From contig SLCY01000018.1 in the NCBI GenBank assembly GCA_007125585.1, positions 356-64,355 on the forward strand: a DNA stretch of 64,000 bases, written 5' to 3'. Source of the stretch: Bacteroidales bacterium (lineage in GTDB: Bacteria; Bacteroidota; Bacteroidia; Bacteroidales; UBA7960). Below are positions 29,138-37,584 of this stretch, one piece after another. Every line of letters starts with the position of its first letter. The stretch's first letter is position 1. The notes below the pieces were generated by a model. That model searched no databases and was not told the DNA's origin. It worked only from the letters and a program-made list of their open reading frames with translations. Position numbers and translations under genes: made by a program.

Positions 29138-31084
29138 ATGACGAGAGATAACATTATCGGACTGTTGCTGATTGCCGCCGTTATCATAGGCTACAGTATC
29201 TGGATGGCTCCGAGCGAAGAAGAGCGCCTGGAGGCATTAAGGGAAACAAGAAGGCAGGACAGCATTGCTGCTGCCGAACGTGCACGGGCAGAAGCCCTTG
29301 AAACTGAAGTTGAGGAGGAGGCCGCCCCCATTGCTGACACCCTTCCCGAATCCATTCCCGACGACCCCGCAACACTGGATTCACTGGAGTTCCAGAGGCT
29401 CAGGGACAGAATGGGGTACTTTTCCGGCACCGCAACCGGTGAAGAAGGCTTTTTTTTCATTGAAAATGAGGTGCTCCGGCTGAAGATCAATAAAAAAGGC
29501 GGTGCCATCCACTCGGCCAAACTCAAAGAATACAACAGTTACGATCAGAACCCCCTGGTACTTTTGAAGGAAGAAGATCACCGGTTCACCTTCAATTTCT
29601 TTTCAGGCAACAGGAATATCGCCACAGAAAACATCTTCTTCGTCCCCTATCTTTATGGCCGGCCCGCTGCAGGCCGACAGGAAGCAAGCGCCACAGGAGA
29701 AGACTCCCTGGTGTTCTCCATGCGGGCTTACAGCGACTTTCACACAACAGACAATCCCAGCTACATTGAATTTGCCTATACGTTAAAGGGCAAGGAATAT
29801 ATGGTTGACTTTGATGTTCGTTTCAAAGGGATGCGCGAAGCGATTGCACCCAATACCACCTTCCTTAACCTGGACTGGCAGGCAAAGCTTCTGCGTCATG
29901 AAAAAAACAGGCAGAACGAACAAAACAACTCCACTGTCTACTATAAATATGCGAATGATGAGGTGTCGAGACTGCGGCCCACCAGGGACGGATCTGAGCG
30001 GCTGACGACCAGCGTAAGGTGGATCTCGTTCAAACAACAATTCTTCTCCTCCGCATTGATCGCCAGGGAAGGTTTTGCCAATGCCGACATCATGAGCACC
30101 ACTTTGGGCGAAGGTGAGGATGAATATCTTAAGACGATGGCTGCTTCCATCAACCTGGATTATGATGCCCGTGCCGACAACAGCTATCCCATGCAATGGT
30201 ACCTGGGGCCCAACAATTACCGCCTGTTAACCACCTACGACCTTGAGCTGGAAAGACAGATCCCCCTGGGATGGGGCTTTTTCCTGACTTCCTGGATCAA
30301 CCGTTTCGCGGTGATCCCCATATTCAACTTTCTGGATGGCTTCAACCTGAATTACGGGATCATCATCTTGATTCTGACGGTATTGCTGAAGATCATCCTG
30401 TTGCCCATTGCCTTCAAAACCTATCTTTCCCAGGCCAAGATGCGCCTTTTGAAACCCGAGATCGAGGAGTTGAACAAGAAGTTTCCCAAGAAAGAGGAAG
30501 CCATGAAGAAGCAGCAGGCGACGATGGCGCTTTACAAAAAAGCGGGGGTCAATCCCATGGCAGGCTGTATTCCCATGCTTTTGCAGCTTCCCATCCTGAT
30601 TGCCCTGTTTCGCTTTTTCCCCTCGAGTATCGAACTGCGCCAGGAAGGCTTTTTGTGGGCCGACGACCTCTCGGCGTATGACTCCATCCTCGACCTGCCG
30701 TTCTCCATCCCGTTCTATGGAGACCATGTCAGCCTCTTTACCCTGCTGATGGCCGGATCCATGATCATCTACACACATCTGAACTCGCAAATGATGAGTT
30801 CAAGCAGCCAGATGCCGGGGATGAAGACCATGATGTATTTTATGCCGGTAATGCTCCTGGGAATATTCAACAGCTTTGCCTCCGGACTGAGCTACTACTA
30901 TTTTCTGGCCAATGTGATCACCTTTGGCCAGATGTTTCTCTTTCGCAGATTCATCAACGAAGATGCACTCCATGCCAAAATAGAAGAGAACAAAAAGAAA
31001 CCCGTGAAGAAGTCCAAATGGCAGAAGCGCATGGAAGAGCTTGCCAAACAGCAGGAAGCCCAGAAGAAGCGCCGGAAGAGATAA
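29138..31084 (+). CDS. yidC: Membrane protein insertase YidC
   Basis: 648 aa. N-terminal TM, a large periplasmic domain, a conserved C-terminal core (GCIPMLLQLPILIALF) and a basic tail (KKRRKR). Confidence 0.9.
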   Translation: MTRDNIIGLLLIAAVIIGYSIWMAPSEEERLEALRETRRQDSIAAAERARAEALETEVEEEAAPIADTLPESIPDDPATLDSLEFQRLRDRMGYFSGTATGEEGFFFIENEVLRLKINKKGGAIHSAKLKEYNSYDQNPLVLLKEEDHRFTFNFFSGNRNIATENIFFVPYLYGRPAAGRQEASATGEDSLVFSMRAYSDFHTTDNPSYIEFAYTLKGKEYMVDFDVRFKGMREAIAPNTTFLNLDWQAKLLRHEKNRQNEQNNSTVYYKYANDEVSRLRPTRDGSERLTTSVRWISFKQQFFSSALIAREGFANADIMSTTLGEGEDEYLKTMAASINLDYDARADNSYPMQWYLGPNNYRLLTTYDLELERQIPLGWGFFLTSWINRFAVIPIFNFLDGFNLNYGIIILILTVLLKIILLPIAFKTYLSQAKMRLLKPEIEELNKKFPKKEEAMKKQQATMALYKKAGVNPMAGCIPMLLQLPILIALFRFFPSSIELRQEGFLWADDLSAYDSILDLPFSIPFYGDHVSLFTLLMAGSMIIYTHLNSQMMSSSSQMPGMKTMMYFMPVMLLGIFNSFASGLSYYYFLANVITFGQMFLFRRFINEDALHAKIEENKKKPVKKSKWQKRMEELAKQQEAQKKRRKR

Positions 31085-31106
31085 GCCACAAGTGGCCGGG
31101 TGAACG

Positions 31107-31132
31107 GCTGAGTGATCCTGCGATCACTCAGC
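31107..31132 (+). terminator. Perfect 11-bp-stem hairpin after yidC (terminator-like, no U tract)
   Basis: GCTGAGTGATC-ctgc-GATCACTCAGC, 23 nt after the yidC stop. Confidence 0.35.
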
Positions 31133-31185
31133 TGACAATCTGACTGTCTCCTGAAACCTTTAACCAACATTGGAGGTCAAAAAAC

Positions 31186-32538
31186 ATGGACGGACTTTCC
31201 AACATTAGCCCCATCGATGGCCGGTACCAACCGCTCACATATCCTCTGAGGGCATTTTTCTCCGAAGAGGCACTGACAAGATACCGGATACTGGTGGAGG
31301 TGGAATATTTTATCGCCTTGTGCCGGATCCCCCTGCCTCCACTGGAGGGAGTTTCTGATGCAGACTTAGAGAACATCCGCAACATGGTCCGGAATTTTTC
31401 GCATCAGGACGCACGACGGATAAAAGAGATCGAACAGGAAACGAACCACGACATCAAGGCGGTGGAATACTTTATCAGGGAACGCCTGGAAGAGATGGGG
31501 TTGGGTAGCCACAGGGAGTTCGTGCATTTTTGCCTGACCTCCCAGGATATCACCAACACGGCCATTCCCCTTTCACTGAAGGAAGCTTTGGAGCAGGTCC
31601 TTTATCCTGCTCTCCGGGAGCTCCTGGCTGTATTGCGCGACTTTTCGAATGCATGGCTGAATATCCCGATGCTTGCCCGCACCCATGGCCAGCCGGCCTC
31701 ACCCACCACTGTAGGCAAGGAGGTCATGGTGTTTTATGAACGGCTTGGGAACCAAATGCAGGACCTTCAGTCGATGCCTTTCCCTGCCAAGTTTGGTGGT
31801 GCCACCGGCAATTTTAACGCCCACCACGTGTGCTATCCGGAAATAGACTGGGTGGGGTTTGCCGACAACTTCACCGCCTCGCTCGGTCTGAAACGCTCGC
31901 AGGTCACCACCCAGATTGACCACTACGATCAGCTTGCTGCACTTTTTGACGGCTTGAAACGCATTTGCACCATCCTGACTGACCTGGACAGGGATTGCTG
32001 GACATATGTCTCCCTCGACTACTTCAAACAAAAGATCGTTGCCGGCGAAGTGGGCTCATCCACCATGCCCCACAAGGTCAACCCCATCGACTTTGAAAAT
32101 GGGGAGGGCAATGCCGGGATTGCCGTTGCCCTGTTTGAACACCTCGCTGCGAAACTGCCCGTGAGCCGTCTTCAGAGAGACCTGTCCGATTCCACCGTAC
32201 TGCGTAACACCGGTGTTCCCGTCAGCCATATGCTGATCGCCCTGAAAGCGACCACCAGGGGGCTTAAAAAGATCAGCCTCAATGAAGACAAGATCGCCGC
32301 CGACCTGGATAACAACATGGCGGTCGTAGCCGAGGCCATACAAAGCATCCTGAAAAGTCTGGGTTACCCAAACCCCTATGAAGCACTCAAAGCACTGACA
32401 CGACAAAATAAGCACATCACAAAAGACGTTCTACACGAGTTTGTTGACAGCCTGGATATCCGGCAGGAACAGAAAGAAAGACTGAAAAAAATCACCCCTT
32501 TCAACTATACGGGGATCATCCCGGACCGCAAGGAATAA
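31186..32538 (+). CDS. purB: Adenylosuccinate lyase
   Basis: 450 aa. N-terminal SPIDGRY and the fumarate-lyase signature SSTMPHKVNP. Confidence 0.9.
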   Translation: MDGLSNISPIDGRYQPLTYPLRAFFSEEALTRYRILVEVEYFIALCRIPLPPLEGVSDADLENIRNMVRNFSHQDARRIKEIEQETNHDIKAVEYFIRERLEEMGLGSHREFVHFCLTSQDITNTAIPLSLKEALEQVLYPALRELLAVLRDFSNAWLNIPMLARTHGQPASPTTVGKEVMVFYERLGNQMQDLQSMPFPAKFGGATGNFNAHHVCYPEIDWVGFADNFTASLGLKRSQVTTQIDHYDQLAALFDGLKRICTILTDLDRDCWTYVSLDYFKQKIVAGEVGSSTMPHKVNPIDFENGEGNAGIAVALFEHLAAKLPVSRLQRDLSDSTVLRNTGVPVSHMLIALKATTRGLKKISLNEDKIAADLDNNMAVVAEAIQSILKSLGYPNPYEALKALTRQNKHITKDVLHEFVDSLDIRQEQKERLKKITPFNYTGIIPDRKE

Positions 32539-32554
32539 ATCACATGTCCCCCTG

Positions 32555-34375
32555 ATGCAAAGCTTCAGAAAAATACTGGTTTATATCATCCCCTACTGGA
32601 CAAGGCTTGCCTTAAATGTCTTGTTTAACTTTCTGTCCGTACTGTTTGGCCTCTTCAGCCTCAACATGGTGATCCCTTTCGTTGGCATGTTGTTTCGCAG
32701 CCATCATGACGCATACGAACTGATGCCCATGAAGCTGGACTTTGAGGCCCTGATCAACAATTTCTATTACTACATGAACCTGCTGACATCCAATTATGGT
32801 GAGTTGGCGGCCCTGGTGTTTATCAGTGTTGTCGTGATCATTACCAGCTTACTGAAAAACGGGTTCAGGTATCTTGCCCTATACCACCTGGCACCTGTTC
32901 GCAACGGTGTGGTCAAAGACATGCGCAACGACATCTATCAGAAAACCCTTGAACTGCCACTGGCCTATTATTCACAGGGCAGGAAAGGTGACATCATATC
33001 GAGGATGACCAATGACGTGTTCCAGATAGAGATCGGTGTTGTCCAGTCACTGGCAGTGGTTATCCGTGACCCCATGACGGTTATTGTTTATATGGGATGG
33101 CTGATGCTCATGAGTCCGATGCTTACTTTGTTTGTGCTGGTGCTTCTTCCCATCGCCGGTTTCATTATCGGCCACATCTCAAGAACGCTGAAGCCGACCG
33201 CATTGAAAAGCCAGAGCAAGCTGGGGATGATCCTCTCGGTGATGGAAGAGACCCTTTCGGGCCTTCGGATTATCAAGGCGTTCAATGCCGAAGATAAGAT
33301 GCGCAGGCGCTTCCGGAGCCTGAACAGCTTGTATACCCGCATTATGAATAAACTGTATCGCCGCCAGGACCTGGCCTCCCCGGTGAGCGAGTTTATGGGC
33401 ACCACGGTAGTCATCTTCATTTTACTGTTTGGCGGGGCAATGGTCATCACCGGGAATGCGACGTTGCCACCCGAGGCATTTATCGGCTACCTGGGCATCT
33501 TCTCCCAGATCATCCAGCCATCGAAAAACTTTTCCAAAGCCTGGTACAACATTCAGAAAGGCCTGGCCTCGGCCGAACGCATCGAACAGGTGCTCACAGC
33601 TGAAGTAACCATAAAGGACGCACCAGGTGCCTTGGAGAAACGCGACTTTCAAAAAGAGATCGTCTTCGACAGGGTCAACTTCCGGTATGAAGACAGCTAT
33701 GTATTGAAAGACATCAACATACGTATCCGTAAAGGGCAAAAAGTTGCCCTGGTAGGGCAATCCGGCGCCGGGAAGTCCACATTTGTTGACCTGATCCCAC
33801 GCTTCTTTGATGTGGATGACGGTGAGATCCGTATCGACGGCATCCCGGTCAGGGACATCCGGATCAAAGACCTTCGTGCACTCATGGGCAATGTGAACCA
33901 GGAACCGATACTTTTTAACGACACCTTTTTCAACAACATCGCATTCGGGGCAAGCGAAGCGACCGAAGAAGAGGTCGTCAGGGCCGCCAGGATCGCCAAC
34001 GCCCACGATTTCATCATGGAGAGCACACTGGGCTATCATACCAACATCGGCGACGGTGGAGGCAAGCTGTCAGGCGGACAACGGCAAAGGGTCAGTATCG
34101 CCAGGGCCGTGCTGAAAAATCCGCCGATCCTGATACTCGACGAGGCCACATCCTCCCTGGACACAGAATCTGAGAAACTGGTCCAGGAAGCCCTGATGAA
34201 TGTGATGCAAAACAGGACCTCCATTGTGATCGCACACCGGCTGTCTACCATCATCCATGCCGACCTGATATGTGTGATGCATGAAGGGCGCATCGTGGAA
34301 TCAGGCACACACCGGGAACTGATCGAAGCAAACGGGATATACAAGAAGTTACACGGCCTTCAGATGTTCTCATGA
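32555..34375 (+). CDS. ABC transporter permease/ATPase, MsbA-like exporter
   Basis: 606 aa. Six-TM N-terminal half, Walker A GQSGAGKST, signature LSGGQRQR and Walker B ILILDEATS. Confidence 0.85.
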   Translation: MQSFRKILVYIIPYWTRLALNVLFNFLSVLFGLFSLNMVIPFVGMLFRSHHDAYELMPMKLDFEALINNFYYYMNLLTSNYGELAALVFISVVVIITSLLKNGFRYLALYHLAPVRNGVVKDMRNDIYQKTLELPLAYYSQGRKGDIISRMTNDVFQIEIGVVQSLAVVIRDPMTVIVYMGWLMLMSPMLTLFVLVLLPIAGFIIGHISRTLKPTALKSQSKLGMILSVMEETLSGLRIIKAFNAEDKMRRRFRSLNSLYTRIMNKLYRRQDLASPVSEFMGTTVVIFILLFGGAMVITGNATLPPEAFIGYLGIFSQIIQPSKNFSKAWYNIQKGLASAERIEQVLTAEVTIKDAPGALEKRDFQKEIVFDRVNFRYEDSYVLKDINIRIRKGQKVALVGQSGAGKSTFVDLIPRFFDVDDGEIRIDGIPVRDIRIKDLRALMGNVNQEPILFNDTFFNNIAFGASEATEEEVVRAARIANAHDFIMESTLGYHTNIGDGGGKLSGGQRQRVSIARAVLKNPPILILDEATSSLDTESEKLVQEALMNVMQNRTSIVIAHRLSTIIHADLICVMHEGRIVESGTHRELIEANGIYKKLHGLQMFS

Positions 34376-34380
34376 TGGGT

Positions 34381-34431
34381 GTTTCATTGTTGACAACATA
34401 TGTGTATTTTTGCATGACAACATGTTGTCAT
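34381..34431 (+). promoter_or_regulatory. Candidate promoter with two flanking palindromic operator-like sites (DUF5606-pyrD unit)
   Basis: TTTC (34381..34384), a 19-nt spacer, then TATTTTTG (34404..34411). The 11-bp palindrome TGTTGACAACA (34387..34397) lies in the spacer. The perfect 20-bp palindrome CATGACAACATGTTGTCATG (34412..34431) abuts the -7 box. Confidence 0.5.
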
Positions 34432-34527
34432 GCCCAATCCTCAATCTTGCAAAAAGCAATGCTTGCCCAGGCATGAGGCATCGCAAGGCAGGCATCAAAC
34501 AGAGTTTTACCAACTAAACACTACACC

Positions 34528-35007
34528 ATGGATCTAAGCAAAGTGATAACCATTTCCGGCAAAAGGGGCCTTTTCAGACTGTTGTCTGAAACCCGCAGCG
34601 GGATGGTGGTCCAGTCGTTCGAAGATGGCAGGAAGCTTCCTGTTTTTGCCACCGACCGCTCCAGCACCCTGGAAGATATCAGCATCTTCACCCATGACAA
34701 GGAAGTGCCCCTGAAAGATGTCTTATGGAAAATCTTTGAAAAAAATGATGGCAAACCAGGCCCTGATCCCAAATCGCCTCCCGAGGAACTGAAAAATGCC
34801 TTTCAAGAATACCTGCCTGATTATGACAAGGACAGGGTGCATGTTTCTGACATGAAGAAGGTGTTTGCATGGTACAACATCCTGCTTGACCAAGAGATGA
34901 TCACCAAACCTGAAGAAAGCGAAGAGAAGGATGATGATGCCGTCAAGCGCGGGCAGGAAGATGCACCTGGAAAAGCCGGGGAAAAAGAGAAAAACCCGGG
35001 CAAATAG
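34528..35007 (+). CDS. DUF5606 domain protein
   Basis: 159 aa. The N-terminal block ISGKRGLFRLLSETRSGMVVQS...STLEDISIFT matches my recollection of DUF5606. The C-terminal tail is acidic and Lys-rich. Its stop lies 2 nt before the pyrD ATG. Confidence 0.65.
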   Translation: MDLSKVITISGKRGLFRLLSETRSGMVVQSFEDGRKLPVFATDRSSTLEDISIFTHDKEVPLKDVLWKIFEKNDGKPGPDPKSPPEELKNAFQEYLPDYDKDRVHVSDMKKVFAWYNILLDQEMITKPEESEEKDDDAVKRGQEDAPGKAGEKEKNPGK

Positions 35008-35009
35008 CC

Positions 35010-36044
35010 ATGTACCCAAGACTGATCCGTCCCCTGCTGTTCTTGTTTCCCCCCGAGTGGATACACCGGGCGGTTGCCGCCATCATGCCCGTCTTCTTTT
35101 CCATCCCCGGGATGGCTCCCCTGTTCCGCAGACATTATCTTGTAAGGGACCCGGCACTTGGCAGGACGGTCTTTGGCATCCATTTTCCAAACCCGGTGGG
35201 CATTGCTGCGGGATTTGACAAAAAAGCCACCCTATACAATGCACTATCCTGCTTTGGCTTCGGCCACATCGAAATTGGTACGGTAACGCCACTGTCCCAG
35301 GAAGGAAACCCCAGGCCCCGGTTGTTCCGCCTGCCAAAAGACAAAGCATTGATCAACAGAATGGGATTCAACAACCAGGGGATTGAAGCATTTGTGAAAA
35401 ACCTGAAAAAAAAACAACCCAAAGTCATTATCGGAGGGAATATAGGAAAAAATACGTTGACCCCAAATGAACAGGCTGCCGACGATTATTGTCTTTGTTT
35501 TGAAAAATTGTTTGACCTGGTTGACTACTTTGTTGTGAATGTCAGCTGCCCGAATATCAAAGACCTGAACAAATTGCAGGACAGGCCCGCATTAACTGCC
35601 ATCCTCAAAGCCCTCCAGGAGATCAACCAGGATAAACCCATGGCAAAGCCCATATTGTTAAAGGTTTCACCCGACCTTGACCATGCGCAGCTGGATGAAG
35701 TGATGGAAATCGTTTATGAAACAAAGCTCGATGGGATCGTGGCCACGAACACCTCCACACAAAGGGACAGCCTTTCCAGCAGTCCGGCTACCCTGGAAAA
35801 GATCGGCCAGGGAGGCCTTAGCGGGAAACCGCTGAATGAAAAAGCCACCAATGTCATTGCATACATCCACCGGAAGTCAGGCGGCACCATCCCCATTATT
35901 GGGGTGGGAGGCATCTTCGGGCCCGGCGATGCGCTGAAGAAAATCCGTGCCGGGGCCTCCCTTGTGCAGGTTTATACAGGACTTGTCTATTCCGGGCCAT
36001 CCATTGCAAAAAAAATCAACCATGCCATACGCCATGAACACTGA
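35010..36044 (+). CDS. pyrD: Dihydroorotate dehydrogenase (quinone), class 2
   Basis: 344 aa. Motifs FGHIEIGTVTP, NVSCPN and GVGGI. Confidence 0.9.
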   Translation: MYPRLIRPLLFLFPPEWIHRAVAAIMPVFFSIPGMAPLFRRHYLVRDPALGRTVFGIHFPNPVGIAAGFDKKATLYNALSCFGFGHIEIGTVTPLSQEGNPRPRLFRLPKDKALINRMGFNNQGIEAFVKNLKKKQPKVIIGGNIGKNTLTPNEQAADDYCLCFEKLFDLVDYFVVNVSCPNIKDLNKLQDRPALTAILKALQEINQDKPMAKPILLKVSPDLDHAQLDEVMEIVYETKLDGIVATNTSTQRDSLSSSPATLEKIGQGGLSGKPLNEKATNVIAYIHRKSGGTIPIIGVGGIFGPGDALKKIRAGASLVQVYTGLVYSGPSIAKKINHAIRHEH

Positions 36045-36169
36045 TCAGCAAGTGTACGATTTTTAACAATACATGAACGGTTCCGTACACTCCATGGTCC
36101 TGTCCCGACAACATATCAATGCCGGCTTGCTGACCCTTTTTTCCTTTCGCACCTTGCAGCAACCGTTGA

Positions 36170-36188
36170 TTTTTTTTTAAAAAAAAAA
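36170..36188. repeat. T9A10 homopolymer junction (self-complementary)
   Basis: The sequence reads TTTTTTTTTAAAAAAAAAA directly and is followed by the GC-rich element GGCCGGCCGGCACATGCCGGGC (36189..36210). Confidence 0.9.
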
Positions 36189-36339
36189 GGCCGGCCGGCA
36201 CATGCCGGGCAAAGATCGTTCATCGACGATACGGGTGATTTATACTGCTCATTTTTATGGTCCGGACAAAGAAGAGACGAATTATTGAACTTTGGCGAAG
36301 TTTTTGCTGTTAAACACAAGTATCAATGTTGTAAATTTT

Positions 36340-37584
36340 ATGAACAGTAAGGCAATCCGCTCTATTCTATTGCTCTCCCTGCTCATGGCTTTCATCCCTT
36401 TGTCAAGCCAGGGCGCGGAGAACGGTTTCCGCTTTAACAGGAACAGAAGCTCGGTGACCATCCCCATCAAGGTGCGCAACAACCTTGCTGTATTGCCTTT
36501 ATTCATAAATGACCAGGGCCCTTTTTATTTCATACTGGATTCCGGTGTAAACACGACCATCCTTACAGAACCTATACTTGCACATTTGCTGCATCTGGAG
36601 TTTGACAGGAACATGCTCATTTACGGACTGGGGGGCGAAGGGATTGTAGAGGCCAGCCTGGCCACTGATGTGAAAATCTCGATGCGCGGGATCACCGGGA
36701 GGAACATGAACCTGCTGGTCATCCCTGAGGACATCCTTGCCTTCTCTGAAGTTTTTGGCTTCCCGGTGTATGGGATCATGGGCTATGATTTCCTGAAGCA
36801 CTTCCCTGTAAGCATAAGCTATGCCAACGAATCAATAAAGGTATACCGTGAGCCTGACTACAGGATAAGCAGGAGGGGCAATGTCATCCCAATAGAACTG
36901 ATCAATGGAAAACCGTATGTTGAATCGACCATTGTCGGTGCTGATGGCGATACACTGAACACATATCTGCTGTTCGACCTGGGGGCAAGCCACCCCATCT
37001 ATCTTAACAAAGAACATATCGGGCTTTCGGATCAGACCATCAGTGGTTTTTTGGGGAAGGGTATCAGCGGCAACCTTCTGGGAAAGAAAGGGAGGGTTGA
37101 TAAGGTCATCATTGGCGAAACGGAGATAGCCGATCCGGTGGTGTCCTATCCCGAAACAAGATTCCTTGAGTTTCACGGCCAGACAATTGAATGGGAGGGC
37201 CTCATCGGTGGTGGCATCATCAGGCGATACAATGTAATTTTGGATTACCCTTCCGGGAAGTTGGTGTTGAAGCGCAGCAGCTTTTTCAGGGGACCGTTCA
37301 GCACCAATCTGAGCGGAATCGAAGTTATTGCCCGCGGCAGGGATATGCGGGATTTTGTGGTCCATTATGTCAGGCCGGGGTCGGCAGGATATGAGGCGGG
37401 CATCCTGGCCGGAGACCTGATCGTTGAGCTGAACAGGAAAAGCCATCGTCAAATAACGCTGGATGACATCCTGGACGCCCTGAGTGCAAGGGAGGGACGA
37501 CATGTGTCCCTGGCTGTCAGGCGCGATGACAAAATATCACGCAAGCATATCCGTTTGCGAGAGGATCTCCCAATACTTAACTGA
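36340..37584 (+). CDS. Secreted retropepsin-like (two-lobed) aspartyl protease with C-terminal PDZ domain
   Basis: The start is placed at the signal peptide (MNSKAIRSILLLSLLMAFIPLSSQG). Two D-[ST/L]-G lobes (FILDSGVNTTIL and LLFDLGASHPIYL). The PDZ domain contains VRPGSAGYEAGILAGDLIVELN. Confidence 0.7.
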   Translation: MNSKAIRSILLLSLLMAFIPLSSQGAENGFRFNRNRSSVTIPIKVRNNLAVLPLFINDQGPFYFILDSGVNTTILTEPILAHLLHLEFDRNMLIYGLGGEGIVEASLATDVKISMRGITGRNMNLLVIPEDILAFSEVFGFPVYGIMGYDFLKHFPVSISYANESIKVYREPDYRISRRGNVIPIELINGKPYVESTIVGADGDTLNTYLLFDLGASHPIYLNKEHIGLSDQTISGFLGKGISGNLLGKKGRVDKVIIGETEIADPVVSYPETRFLEFHGQTIEWEGLIGGGIIRRYNVILDYPSGKLVLKRSSFFRGPFSTNLSGIEVIARGRDMRDFVVHYVRPGSAGYEAGILAGDLIVELNRKSHRQITLDDILDALSAREGRHVSLAVRRDDKISRKHIRLREDLPILN

